From: Actinomycetales bacterium
GTDB lineage: Bacteria; Actinomycetota; Actinomycetes; S36-B12
Reading direction: 5' to 3'
Assembly: GCA_016125355.1 (NCBI GenBank)
Contig: WGLX01000006.1
Coordinates: forward strand, 109,047-173,046
DNA length: 64,000 nucleotides
The translations under genes were made by a program, and so were the position numbers. This document shows, piece after piece, positions 9,137 to 18,451 of this stretch (positions are counted from its first letter, which is position 1; every line of letters begins with the position of its first letter). Below the pieces are notes generated by a model that was not told where the DNA came from, ran no database searches, and saw only the letters and a list, made by a program, of their open reading frames with translations.

Positions 9137-10305
9137 GCCTGGTCGGGCTCGCGGTAGCCCGCGCGTCGGAGCGCGACGTGCAGGTCGGCCGCCCGCGGAA
9201 CGACCTTCTCGGCCTCGTGGATGGTGATCTGTCCCGACATGACCAGCCGGACCGCATCCTGCTCGAAGGTCCGCATGCCGTAGAACTGGCCCTCGCTGAC
9301 GATGTCCTGCAGCCGCCCGGTCTTCTCCGGATCGCCGATCGCCTCACGCACCCGCGGGGTCGCGACCCCCACCTCGAGGACGAGCGTGCGCCCCGAGCCG
9401 TCGGCGGACTTCACCAGGTGCTGGCACATGACGCCCTGCAGCGACTCGGCGATCGACAGGCGCGCCTGACGCTGCTCGTCGACGGGAAAGATGTCGATGA
9501 CGCGGTTGACCGCGTCCACGACCGTGCGCGCGTGGAGCGTGGCGAGCACGAGGTGGCCGGTCTCGGCCGCCTGCAGGGCCGTGCGGAGGGTGTCCACGTC
9601 GCGGATCTCGCCGACGAGGATCACGTCGGGGTCCTGGCGCATGCCCGAGCGCAGAGCACGGGAGAAGTCCTTGGTGTCGGTGTGCAGCTCGCGCTGGCTG
9701 ATGGTGGCGGCCTTGTTCGCGTGGAGGAACTCGATGGGGTCCTCGATAGTGAGGATGTGGCACCGACGCTCGGTGTTGACCGCGTCGATCATGGCAGCGA
9801 GCGTGGTGGTCTTGCCGGAGCCGGTCGGCCCGCAGACGAGGACCAGCCCGCTCGGCAGCAGCGCCATGTCATGCGCGACTCGGGGCAGACCCAGCTCCTC
9901 GAAGGTCGGGATCACCTCCTTGACGTGCCTGAGCACCATGGCCGCACCCCCGCGCGACCGGTAGGCGTTGGCGCGGAAGCGGCCGATGCCCGGGGCGAAG
10001 TAGGCGAAGTCGCACTCGAGGTCGTGGAGGAACTCCTCCCGCTCACGATCGGTGGCCATGGCGCTCAGCACGAGGGCCTGCGCCTGCTGCTCCGTCAGGG
10101 GCGGGATGTCGAGCGGCCAGAGGTCCCCCGCCACGCGGATGATCGGCGGGGCCCCCGCCCGGATGTGCACGTCCGAGGCGCCGTGCGTGATGGCGGTGTG
10201 CACGATGTCCCTCAGGCTCGGGACGTCGACGACTGCAGCGTCCGCTGAGGAATCCGGACCGTGGTCGGCCCCGGGGTCTCGTGGCGGCAGGGTGGGCAGT
10301 GCCAT
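9133..10305 (-). CDS. second PilT/PilU-family ATPase
   Basis: 390 aa with Walker [36 protein letters not shown] and GASDVHI. Paralogue of 5804..7207. Confidence 0.9.
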   Translation of the reverse strand: MALPTLPPRDPGADHGPDSSADAAVVDVPSLRDIVHTAITHGASDVHIRAGAPPIIRVAGDLWPLDIPPLTEQQAQALVLSAMATDREREEFLHDLECDFAYFAPGIGRFRANAYRSRGGAAMVLRHVKEVIPTFEELGLPRVAHDMALLPSGLVLVCGPTGSGKTTTLAAMIDAVNTERRCHILTIEDPIEFLHANKAATISQRELHTDTKDFSRALRSGMRQDPDVILVGEIRDVDTLRTALQAAETGHLVLATLHARTVVDAVNRVIDIFPVDEQRQARLSIAESLQGVMCQHLVKSADGSGRTLVLEVGVATPRVREAIGDPEKTGRLQDIVSEGQFYGMRTFEQDAVRLVMSGQITIHEAEKVVPRAADLHVALRRAGYREPDQA

Positions 10306-10409
10306 ATATCCAGTTTCGGCTCATCGTGGTGCTTTCACCCCAGGAAGGGACGAATTGACCGGACCCGGTCCGATATTCCCGACAGTCCGTGTGGGAGGGG
10401 AGGCGACAG

Positions 10410-11546
10410 ATGAGCGGTGGCGCGGGACTCGTGGGTCTCGACATCGGCACCAGCGGCATCCGCGCCGTCCAGGTAAGGCGCAAGGGCGACCGCACCGAGA
10501 TCGTCAAGGCCGCGTCCGTCGAACTGCCAAGGGGTGCGATCCGCAATGGTGCCGTGATCGACCAGAAGGCCGTCGTGAAGGCGTTGAAGCAGCTGTGGAA
10601 GCGGGGCCGCTTCAGCAGTCGCAAGGTCGTCTTCGGGCTCGCCGACAGCGGAGTGCTCACCCGTCAGGTCGAGCTTCCGTGGATGCCGCCGAAGGATTTC
10701 CGTGCAGCCCTGCGCTACCAGATCGGCGATGCCCTCCCGGTGGATCTCGACTCCGTGGAGATCGACTACCACCTCCTGGCCGAGGTGGACCGCGCCGACG
10801 ATCACGGGCAGACGAGCGAGTTCAATCGCATCCTCATCGTCGCGGCGAACAAGGAGGCGATCGCGACCGAGGCGACCCTGATGCGCAAGGCCGGACTGAC
10901 ACCCCTCGTAGCGGACTCGGCGGCCTTCGCCCTCATCCGCGCGGCCTGCCGAGGCATCGTCCCCGAGAACACCGGAAGTCACGCCATCGCCGACATCGGC
11001 GCCGAGCAGGTGACCGTAGTCATCCACGAGGACGGCCAGCCCCGATTCATCCGCACGATCGCCAATCTCGGTGGCGATACAGCGACGTTGGCCGTGGCCG
11101 AGCGGCTCGGCGTGGACCCCGAGAGCGCCGAGGGCATCAAGCGCGAGACCGGCCTCAACGGCCCCGTCCCGGTTATCGCGCCGATCGCAGAGTCGTCCGT
11201 CTTCGTGAGTGCCTCCGTCGAGGAGGTGGTTCCTCTGGATCCGCGCTCCGGCGCGACTGTCGACGTGCTCAATCCGTGGGCAGTGACGGTCATCTCCGAG
11301 ATCCGCAACTCCTTGGACTACTTCCAGGCCTCCTCTCCGGACACACCGGTCCAGACGCTCACCCTCGTGGGCCGCACATCCCAGCTCGATGGACTGCAGG
11401 AGCGGATTTCGACCCAGATCCCCGTCGCGGTGCACACCATGGACCCGCTCGTCGGCCTGACCGCCAGCAAGAAGGTCATGAAGGCACAGGTTCCGGACAC
11501 CCGGCTGGCCGTAGCGACCGGCCTGGCGCTGGGCAGTGCCTCATGA
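10410..11546 (+). CDS. pilM: type IV pilus assembly protein PilM (actin-like ATPase fold)
   Basis: ORF 10389..11546 trimmed to the ATG at 10410, which follows GGGAGGGGAGG. Has LVGLDIGTSGIRAVQV and PKDFRAALRYQIGDALP, typical of PilM. ATGA overlap with pilN. Confidence 0.88.
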   Translation: MSGGAGLVGLDIGTSGIRAVQVRRKGDRTEIVKAASVELPRGAIRNGAVIDQKAVVKALKQLWKRGRFSSRKVVFGLADSGVLTRQVELPWMPPKDFRAALRYQIGDALPVDLDSVEIDYHLLAEVDRADDHGQTSEFNRILIVAANKEAIATEATLMRKAGLTPLVADSAAFALIRAACRGIVPENTGSHAIADIGAEQVTVVIHEDGQPRFIRTIANLGGDTATLAVAERLGVDPESAEGIKRETGLNGPVPVIAPIAESSVFVSASVEEVVPLDPRSGATVDVLNPWAVTVISEIRNSLDYFQASSPDTPVQTLTLVGRTSQLDGLQERISTQIPVAVHTMDPLVGLTASKKVMKAQVPDTRLAVATGLALGSAS

Positions 11547-12445
11547 GCACGGAGAACCCCACCCCCGTCGCCCCGAGCCGACGTCGCCAGCGCAAGCAGG
11601 AGAAGAAGAGCCTCTGGCAGATGGACATCTCGTCCCTCGGCAAGAAGGACCAGGCCACCGGAGACGAGCGGCTCGACCGACCCGCGTTCCAGCCCACCCT
11701 GCCCCAGGTCAACCTGCTGCCCAAGAGCGTCATGGAGTCCATGGCCATGGCGCGGGTGCGGAAGTGGACCATCGTCGCAGTCCTCCTCGTCCTCGTCGCC
11801 GCGGGCGGGATCTGGTGGCTCCAGGGCAGCGCCATCGACCAGGCCCAGTCGGACCTGACCGCCGCTCAGGCCGAGAACACGAAGCTGCGCGCGCAGGTCA
11901 ACGCCCTGGCGCCGGTCAACCAGATGTACGAGCAGATCACCCGGCTGCAGGGAGTGGTCACCACCACCCTCGCCGCCCAGCCCCAGGCATCCGTCGTGAT
12001 GGATCGCCTCGTGCAGGCCGGACGGCAGGTCGATGGCAGCCCGATCGCCCTCACGAACATGGACATCACCTACACGGGCATCCCCCAGCCGGGCGGGCCG
12101 TTGAGCTCGTGCCCGAACCCGGATCCGTTCGGCAGCCAGATCACCATCGGGTGCCTCACCTTCACGGCCAACGCAACCAGCCGCGATCAGGTCTCGCAGC
12201 TCCTGCGGATCCTCGAGCAGGACCCGCTCTTCATCGGCCCCTACGTCACGAGCACGACCGCCAGCGAGGTGCAGGCCGGGGCGAATGGCAACCGCACCCA
12301 GTCGATCGTCGCCTTCTCCGGATCCGCTGGCGTGTCCCTTGACGGCCTGAAGACCCTGCTGACCCAAGAGCAGATCGACGCGATCCTCGCACCGCCGAAG
12401 CCCCAGCCGAGTCCGTCGGCGTCCGAGGGGGCGGTGGCGGAATGA
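11543..12445 (+). CDS. pilN: PilN-like bitopic pilus alignment protein
   Basis: The last 300 aa of ORF 10052..12445, starting at the ATG at 11543. Has the LPQVNLLPKSV motif, a single TM (WTIVAVLLVLVAAGGIWW) and then a coiled coil. Lies between pilM and pilO. Confidence 0.7.
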   Translation: MSTENPTPVAPSRRRQRKQEKKSLWQMDISSLGKKDQATGDERLDRPAFQPTLPQVNLLPKSVMESMAMARVRKWTIVAVLLVLVAAGGIWWLQGSAIDQAQSDLTAAQAENTKLRAQVNALAPVNQMYEQITRLQGVVTTTLAAQPQASVVMDRLVQAGRQVDGSPIALTNMDITYTGIPQPGGPLSSCPNPDPFGSQITIGCLTFTANATSRDQVSQLLRILEQDPLFIGPYVTSTTASEVQAGANGNRTQSIVAFSGSAGVSLDGLKTLLTQEQIDAILAPPKPQPSPSASEGAVAE

Positions 12446-13158
12446 GCCGGGTGAGACTGTCGATCATCGGAGGCGCGTTCGTCGTCCTTGTCATCGGCGC
12501 GGCCCTGTGGCTGCTCCTGCTGTCACCGCGCCTGTCGGAGGCGAACAAGCTGAGCACGCAGGCGGAGCAGCTGCAGAACGCGAACCTGCAGCTCCAGCAC
12601 GAGTACAAGGTCGCGGTCGATCAGGCCGCCGCGGCTCCGCAGGCCGCCGCAGAGGCGCAGGCGCTATTCGCCAGGATGCCGCAGACCGCAGAGCTCCCCG
12701 CCGTCCTCGACCAGATCACGCGCGCGGCGGTGGATGCCGGCATCAGCGCCGGATCGGTCTCGTCGCTGACCACCGGGATCCCGACACCAGTCTCCGGTAC
12801 GAAGAATGCGACGACCACGGAGAAGTCGGCCACCGGCGTCCAGCTCGCCCGCATGGAGATCGGCGTGACTGCCGAGGGCCAGTACCCGTCGGTCCTGGGC
12901 TTCCTCGACAACCTGCAGGGCCTCGACCGCGCCATGCTCGTGACGTCTACCCAGACGTCCCAGGTGAGCACGGCCGGAACGAGCACAGGGCCGGACCTGC
13001 AGAACGTCCAGGTCAACGGCTCGATGTTCGTCCTGCAGTCGCAGCTGCCGGATCTCGTGGCCGAGGTGGAGGCGCTCATCGCGAAGGCGGAACAGGATCA
13101 GGCAGCCCTGCCGGGCGCTGAGACGTCCGGCGACGCGACGACGGGGGCCTCGAGCTAG
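12442..13158 (+). CDS. pilO: PilO-like pilus assembly protein
   Basis: 238 aa with an N-terminal TM (LSIIGGAFVVLVIGAALWLLLL), a coiled coil and then a ferredoxin-like C-terminus. ATGA overlap with pilN. Confidence 0.7.
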   Translation: MSRVRLSIIGGAFVVLVIGAALWLLLLSPRLSEANKLSTQAEQLQNANLQLQHEYKVAVDQAAAAPQAAAEAQALFARMPQTAELPAVLDQITRAAVDAGISAGSVSSLTTGIPTPVSGTKNATTTEKSATGVQLARMEIGVTAEGQYPSVLGFLDNLQGLDRAMLVTSTQTSQVSTAGTSTGPDLQNVQVNGSMFVLQSQLPDLVAEVEALIAKAEQDQAALPGAETSGDATTGASS

Positions 13159-13940
13159 ATCGTCGAGAGGGTGGCCTGAAGGCGCGCACCTTCGGCGTCG
13201 CCGAGTCCCGCGGCCAGCGCCTCGCGGATGCGGGTGACGGCGGCCACGAACCCATCCGGGAGCCCCGGAAGCGCTGCCACCGCGGCCGTTGCGAGCTCCC
13301 AGCGGACCATGACCGTGAACAGCGCGTTGTCGCTCAGCGCCAGCGCCGACTCGACGAGGTAGGCCTCGAGCGCAAGCAGGTCGGCCTCGTACGCCCCCTG
13401 GATGGCCGCCACGGTGTCGCCCTTCACACGAACCGCCTGGGCGCCGGCCATGGCGTCGCTGGACTCCTTGCGGCGCTGCATCGCAAACGCCTCGGGACCG
13501 AGTCCTCCGGTCCTGGCGGCGATGCTGGCCACGAGGTCCTCGGTCGTCGGCGCCGGAAGGGCGTCGAGGTAGCTCGCATCGGCCCAGGCCGCCTGGACGT
13601 CGGCACGAAGGGAGGGCTCACACGCGTCAAGCATCCCGGCCCGCGTGGCTGCCAGTGCGTCGCTGGCCGACGTCGGCTCGTGGTCGGCCGGGAGGGCCGC
13701 CGCCAGGGCGCCCACGAGCGCCTCGGCCACCCGGAAGAACTGCCGCTGGGGGTAGCTCGACGCCACCAGGATGCGTTCCCACACGATCGCCTGCAGGGCG
13801 TAGGTGTCCGCTCCCCACGCAGCGGCCAGCGCACCGACGGCGTCGCCATCGTCGGCGAAGCGGCGCGCGGCATCGGTCAGCACAGAGACATTGCCGAGGC
13901 AGCGGCTGTAGAACTCCTCAGCTGTAGCGCGAGCTGCCAC
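13155..13940 (-). CDS. hypothetical Ala-rich helical protein
   Basis: 261-aa ORF with good coding bias, lying after the minor-pilin operon. Its stop shares the CTAG tetranucleotide with the pilO stop. Family not recognised with confidence. Confidence 0.5.
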   Translation of the reverse strand: MAARATAEEFYSRCLGNVSVLTDAARRFADDGDAVGALAAAWGADTYALQAIVWERILVASSYPQRQFFRVAEALVGALAAALPADHEPTSASDALAATRAGMLDACEPSLRADVQAAWADASYLDALPAPTTEDLVASIAARTGGLGPEAFAMQRRKESSDAMAGAQAVRVKGDTVAAIQGAYEADLLALEAYLVESALALSDNALFTVMVRWELATAAVAALPGLPDGFVAAVTRIREALAAGLGDAEGARLQATLSTI

Positions 13941-14048
13941 GTAGCTCGTTCCGCCTTCCCTAGTTCCCAGACCCGGTCCCCCGACCCGCGCACAGGATAG
14001 CCGCAGCGTGCTCCCATCGACCCGGCCAGCAGCTGCGAGGTCGCGGGA

Positions 14049-16253
14049 TCAGTTGACGAGGACCGCGACACGACGGACATCGCGCCAATCGGGCGTCTGC
14101 ACCTCGTAGACGACCACCACCAGCCCGGGACTCTGCGCCGTGATGGAGACCGTCGTACCGGTGCTGGTGACCGCCGTCGTCGCCGCTTCGGCCGCGGCCG
14201 CCAGGCGGACGTTCCGCACGACTGCCGTCCCCGGGTCCTGCGGGGAGAGGAGCGGGTAGGAGACCGTGTCGCCGACCGATTGGGTCGTGGAAGGGCGCTC
14301 CCCTGTGCGCTCGTCTCCCCACGGCTCATCCGACAGCTCCAGCATGTACGGAGGCGTGCGGAGCGTGAGCCGGTCGTCGTACTTGTAGACCTTGCCGTAC
14401 GCCGAGCCGCCCGAGATGCCGACGGCGCAGCGGAACTTCTGCGCGATCGAGCCCCAGAGGTAGATGTTGCCGTTGTCCATGGCCTTGTCGTAGTCCTGCG
14501 ACCCGAAGCAATGCTGGATGGCCAGCAGCGCGAAGTCGTAGATCGGGTCCGTCGCGTTCGACGATCGCCAGTCCCCTACCCACGACCCCGAGGACGTCAC
14601 CGGACGGTAGGGGTACGCGAACCGGGCGGCGGCGATGCCGAGCACACTCTGCGAGTTCGGGTCGGGCTTGCCGTAGTTGGCCGAACCGGCGACGGCGGAC
14701 GGGTCGTACAGGCGTGAGTCGCGCAGGCTGCTGGTGAGGATCACGTTGTTGTCCGACGTCAGCATGAGCGCTCCCTTGTAGGCACCCTGCGTGTACAGGT
14801 CTCCGCTGCCGCACGCGGTGCCGTACCACGGGGAGTTGGGATCGGCCTGCTCCGACGGGAAGCCCTTGTAGGTGCTTCCGGAGGCGAAGTACGACTGGTC
14901 CACCGGATCACTGGGGATGACGAACGGGTAGGTCTTGCCGGAGGGCTTGACCTCGCAGGTCGGCTCGGTGCCGAGCGGCCAGCGGTTCGCCTTCTCCCAG
15001 TAGTACTCCTGCAGCGGATCCGTGTAGTCGGCGAACGGCACATCCGCCTCGGTGGCCGACCGCACGTCCTGGACGTAGATGACCAGGTCGCTGAAGTTGT
15101 CCAGGTTGACCCGGCGGGTCACCTGCGACGTGGCCGCGCTCTGCAGCTGCGTCCCGTCGCCGCCATCGCCGTCGCAGCCGGCGCGGGTGAGCTTGGTGTC
15201 CGGGCTGGTCACGTACATGTAGCCCACACCGCCCTCCTCGGCGAAGCGGATCCGGGTCGGCCCGGTGTAGATGCAGCCGAACTCCGCGGCGCGCTGCTTG
15301 AGCAGGTCCGGGTTCTGCGGAAGGTCGAGCACGGTGTCATAGAGCGGATCGCGCTGCGTGACGTTGCTGCCGCTGGGCCGCCAGGAGTCTCCCTGGTAGC
15401 GATCAGGTGTGCTGGACGACGACACGGAACTGGCCGCTATGAACCTGTGGCCGGTGGGACAGCCGACCTCGCTGGCGCCCAAGCCCTCGACGGAGGTGCG
15501 GCAGGATGACGAGATCGCTCCTTCCTGCAGGGTGTTCGACAGGTTGGTGTTCTGCAGCCACCAGACGTCGTTGGTGTGCACGCGGCCCACGAGCTTCTCA
15601 CTGCTGAAGATGCCCGCCCACTTGCAGAACCTCAGGTTGCGCTGATTGCCGTTCGTCACGGTGCCCGAGCTGCTGATGGAGACGGGACCGGGTTCGACCC
15701 AGCGACGGGCGCACAGGAGCCGAGCGGCCTCCTGGTAGGTGTAGCCGGAGGACGAGTAGTTGCTCGTGCTGTACACGCCTGGCGTGTCCGGCGATGGGGT
15801 CTCGATATCGCTCATGTACACGTAGTCCAAGGTGGACCGCTTGGAGAGCACCGCCTCGAGGATGCGGACGACGTCTCCCGACCGCCCGGCGGAGTAGGCC
15901 CGAACCTCGCCTACGGCGCCGGACTTCGTCGCGTCGATCGCGTACGTGAATTCCGAGTCGGTGTTGCCACCGGGGACCGGCACCCAGCCGTTCAGCGCCG
16001 CGTTGGTCTCATCACCGACGACGGAGCTGATCGTGCCGACCTGCAGGCGCGCCTCGAGATCCGCAAGCCCCGCCTCTGCGGCACTGAGCGCGGCGAACGA
16101 GTGCTCGCTGCGATCCGACGGCTTGATCTGGCGTACGGCGGCCGTGGCGACGACCGCCACGAGACCCATCATCAGGGCCGCCCAGCCGATCACGAGGATG
16201 AGGGCGAATCCCTCGTCGTCGGCACGGCGGCATCGCAGGGCAATGGACTTCAT
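14049..16253 (-). CDS. large pilus-associated protein with a pilin-like hydrophobic N-terminus (PilX/PilY1-position, possible tip or adhesin component)
   Basis: 734 aa. The N-terminus RADDEGFALILVIGWAALMMGLVAVVATAAV resembles a pseudopilin anchor but lacks E+5. It overlaps the stop of the upstream minor pilin gene by 4 nt. Confidence 0.6.
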   Translation of the reverse strand: MKSIALRCRRADDEGFALILVIGWAALMMGLVAVVATAAVRQIKPSDRSEHSFAALSAAEAGLADLEARLQVGTISSVVGDETNAALNGWVPVPGGNTDSEFTYAIDATKSGAVGEVRAYSAGRSGDVVRILEAVLSKRSTLDYVYMSDIETPSPDTPGVYSTSNYSSSGYTYQEAARLLCARRWVEPGPVSISSSGTVTNGNQRNLRFCKWAGIFSSEKLVGRVHTNDVWWLQNTNLSNTLQEGAISSSCRTSVEGLGASEVGCPTGHRFIAASSVSSSSTPDRYQGDSWRPSGSNVTQRDPLYDTVLDLPQNPDLLKQRAAEFGCIYTGPTRIRFAEEGGVGYMYVTSPDTKLTRAGCDGDGGDGTQLQSAATSQVTRRVNLDNFSDLVIYVQDVRSATEADVPFADYTDPLQEYYWEKANRWPLGTEPTCEVKPSGKTYPFVIPSDPVDQSYFASGSTYKGFPSEQADPNSPWYGTACGSGDLYTQGAYKGALMLTSDNNVILTSSLRDSRLYDPSAVAGSANYGKPDPNSQSVLGIAAARFAYPYRPVTSSGSWVGDWRSSNATDPIYDFALLAIQHCFGSQDYDKAMDNGNIYLWGSIAQKFRCAVGISGGSAYGKVYKYDDRLTLRTPPYMLELSDEPWGDERTGERPSTTQSVGDTVSYPLLSPQDPGTAVVRNVRLAAAAEAATTAVTSTGTTVSITAQSPGLVVVVYEVQTPDWRDVRRVAVLVN

Positions 16254-16927
16254 GCCTCATTCACCAGCCTTATCGACTGGACCACGCGACTGGTCGGATA
16301 GTTGGGGTCCCCGAGTGTCACGAGAATCGCGGCAGGAACCTGGAGAGCGCCGATCGGCAGGGGGCCCGATGCGTTCGGCTGGACCTCCTGCGGGGAGTCG
16401 CACCCGACACTGGGCGTGCAGGCGAAGTACCGAAGCGACAGCGGAGCACCAGAGACGTCTGGCGCGATCGTGAGAAGCGTTCGTCGAGCAGGGACGCTGT
16501 TCCACGTCCAACTGCTGCCGGAGCGCACAGGGGCCCACACCTCGCTGAGGACCGACGTGCCCGCACTCGTGGTCTCGGTCCAGATCCGTACCTTCGATGG
16601 CTCGTCCACCTGTGCCCCGAGACCGGGATACGCGTAAAGGGTCAGCGACGTCGCGGTTGCCTCCGGCATGACGTTGGTCGAAACGTCCGGAGCGTCCGCA
16701 TGCTGTACGAGCCGGGCGATCCATTCCATGGCATTCTGCGTCTCGGTCTGCGCCTGCGAGCGCGCGTTCGCCTCTTGGATTGCCGAGAACAGCGTGAGGG
16801 TCGCGGTTCCGACGATTGCCATGAGCACGCTGAAGATGCCGATGCCCACGAGCAGCTCCACAAGGGTGGTGCCCTCGTCTCTCGACTCGGTTCGATGGGT
16901 GCACCGACCGGTCAGCCGCCGGATCAT
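16250..16927 (-). CDS. minor pilin (PilW-like, prepilin-type N-terminal cleavage/methylation domain)
   Basis: ORF 16250..16951 trimmed to the ATG at 16927 (ATGA overlap with the upstream gene). Class III signal SRDEG|TTLVELLVGIGIFSVLMAIV. Confidence 0.8.
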   Translation of the reverse strand: MIRRLTGRCTHRTESRDEGTTLVELLVGIGIFSVLMAIVGTATLTLFSAIQEANARSQAQTETQNAMEWIARLVQHADAPDVSTNVMPEATATSLTLYAYPGLGAQVDEPSKVRIWTETTSAGTSVLSEVWAPVRSGSSWTWNSVPARRTLLTIAPDVSGAPLSLRYFACTPSVGCDSPQEVQPNASGPLPIGALQVPAAILVTLGDPNYPTSRVVQSIRLVNEA

Positions 16928-18303
16928 GGCGGGAACACCGCGTCGTAGCACGTGGACTCGTCCAGGAGCGGGTCGTAGGGGTGGTCAAGTTGGATCTCCG
17001 GATGGTCCGAGTCGGCAGGGCAGAAGTTCAGGGCCCATGCAGTGAACTCGACCGGCACGACCGTGATGGGGTCCCCCGGTCCGGGAGGGAGGAGTTGGAG
17101 AGGCTGGAGTGTCTCCGTGGTGGTGCCGTCCGTCGCGGTGAACTCCCACGAGCCGAACGGCAGTGCGCCCCGCAGGATCCCCTTCGCGTTCGCCGTGCCG
17201 AGCGAGAACGGCCCCACCGTGCATCCGTTGCCGGCATGTCGAACCGACACGGAGACGCCCTGCTCGAGCCCGATGAACTCCACCGGCTGGGCATTGAGCC
17301 CGGCGCGCGTGACCTCGCCTGGATTGAGGTCGAACACCTGGCGCTGTCCACCGTTCGCCTGCGGATCCGCGTCGGTGCAGTCGCCCAGCCAGGCAGTGAA
17401 GCCGGCGGTGGACGGCCACAGGTCGGGGACTCGAGTACCGATGGCACCCACGTCGACGACCGCACCGGTCTCATTGACCTGCCACGTCACCGGCATGCCG
17501 TCCGGGAGCGGGAAGTCGGGCAACCCCGCTTCGAAGTCAATGGCCGCCGCTGCCGCAAGGTGGAAGGTGACTCGTGACAGGTTGTCTGCGTCCAGTTGGA
17601 CGGACTCCTGCGTTCCCGTGGGCGTCGACGGGACGAAGCCTGACCTGTCGGCGGTCAGCTGCACCATGGCGGGGGCCGTGAGCCCCGGAACGAACAGGCA
17701 GCCATCCGCCCCCGTGGTGTAGATGAAGCGGTTCTCGGGGTGGGACGAATCGGCCGCCGTGACCTGCACGCCGCTGACCGGCTCGCCGTTCTGGTCGATC
17801 ACCTCGATCGTGACGGCCCCGGTGCCCGGGTCGGATGGGGTGTTCCGCGGGGTCAGGATCGTGTCGATCTTCGAGGTCGTCGCGAAGTCCTTGCCGGATG
17901 CCTCCACATGGACCCGCAGGTAGGCCTGACCAGGTGAGGCGTCGCGGCACGAACTGGCCGCCTGCCCCAACCCGACCCACTCGGCGGACACCTCGAGCGT
18001 GGTACCTGCGGGCACACCCTCCGGGACGGCCGCCGCCGTCGATAGGCCGAGGGGAATGTCGCCGACGTCCATGCCGCGCAGGGCCTGCACCTCAGTACGA
18101 GCCACGTTGGCGGACTGGACGCGCTGGTTGTTCTCGTGGATGGTCTGCAGCGACGTGATCATGAGCGAGACCGTGGCGGTGGAGATCCCGGCGAACAGGA
18201 AGATGGCGACGAGGAGTTCGACCAGGCTGAAGCCATCGTCATCAACCGACGGCTCGGTGTGGCGCCATACCGGTACGGACCGCGTCCCGGTTCGCCTGGT
18301 CAT
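16924..18303 (-). CDS. minor pilin (PilV-like) with extended beta-rich C-terminal domains
   Basis: 459 aa with the class III signal VDDDG|FSLVELLVAIFLFAGIS. A carboxypeptidase-regulatory-like segment (VTIEVIDQNGEPVSGVQVTAADS...TTGADGCLFVPGL) follows. Confidence 0.8.
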   Translation of the reverse strand: MTRRTGTRSVPVWRHTEPSVDDDGFSLVELLVAIFLFAGISTATVSLMITSLQTIHENNQRVQSANVARTEVQALRGMDVGDIPLGLSTAAAVPEGVPAGTTLEVSAEWVGLGQAASSCRDASPGQAYLRVHVEASGKDFATTSKIDTILTPRNTPSDPGTGAVTIEVIDQNGEPVSGVQVTAADSSHPENRFIYTTGADGCLFVPGLTAPAMVQLTADRSGFVPSTPTGTQESVQLDADNLSRVTFHLAAAAAIDFEAGLPDFPLPDGMPVTWQVNETGAVVDVGAIGTRVPDLWPSTAGFTAWLGDCTDADPQANGGQRQVFDLNPGEVTRAGLNAQPVEFIGLEQGVSVSVRHAGNGCTVGPFSLGTANAKGILRGALPFGSWEFTATDGTTTETLQPLQLLPPGPGDPITVVPVEFTAWALNFCPADSDHPEIQLDHPYDPLLDESTCYDAVFPP

Positions 18304-18451
18304 GACGCTCTCCTAGGAAGGCGCGACCGCTGACCGGCTCGTGCCGATCAGTCCTGGTGAGGTGCCTCGCCACACCACACTTGTATTTTCGGCCCGTCCG
18401 CGCCTGTCGCAGCGGCTATGTCCGGCTCGATCCTCGGGAGGAGGGACCCGG

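Noticed and set aside
10052-11542. Upstream 497 aa of track ORF 10052..12445
   Set aside because: It overlaps pilT-like (antisense) and pilM (other frame) and is Arg/Pro/Gly-rich nonsense. Only the pilN part from 11543 is credible.
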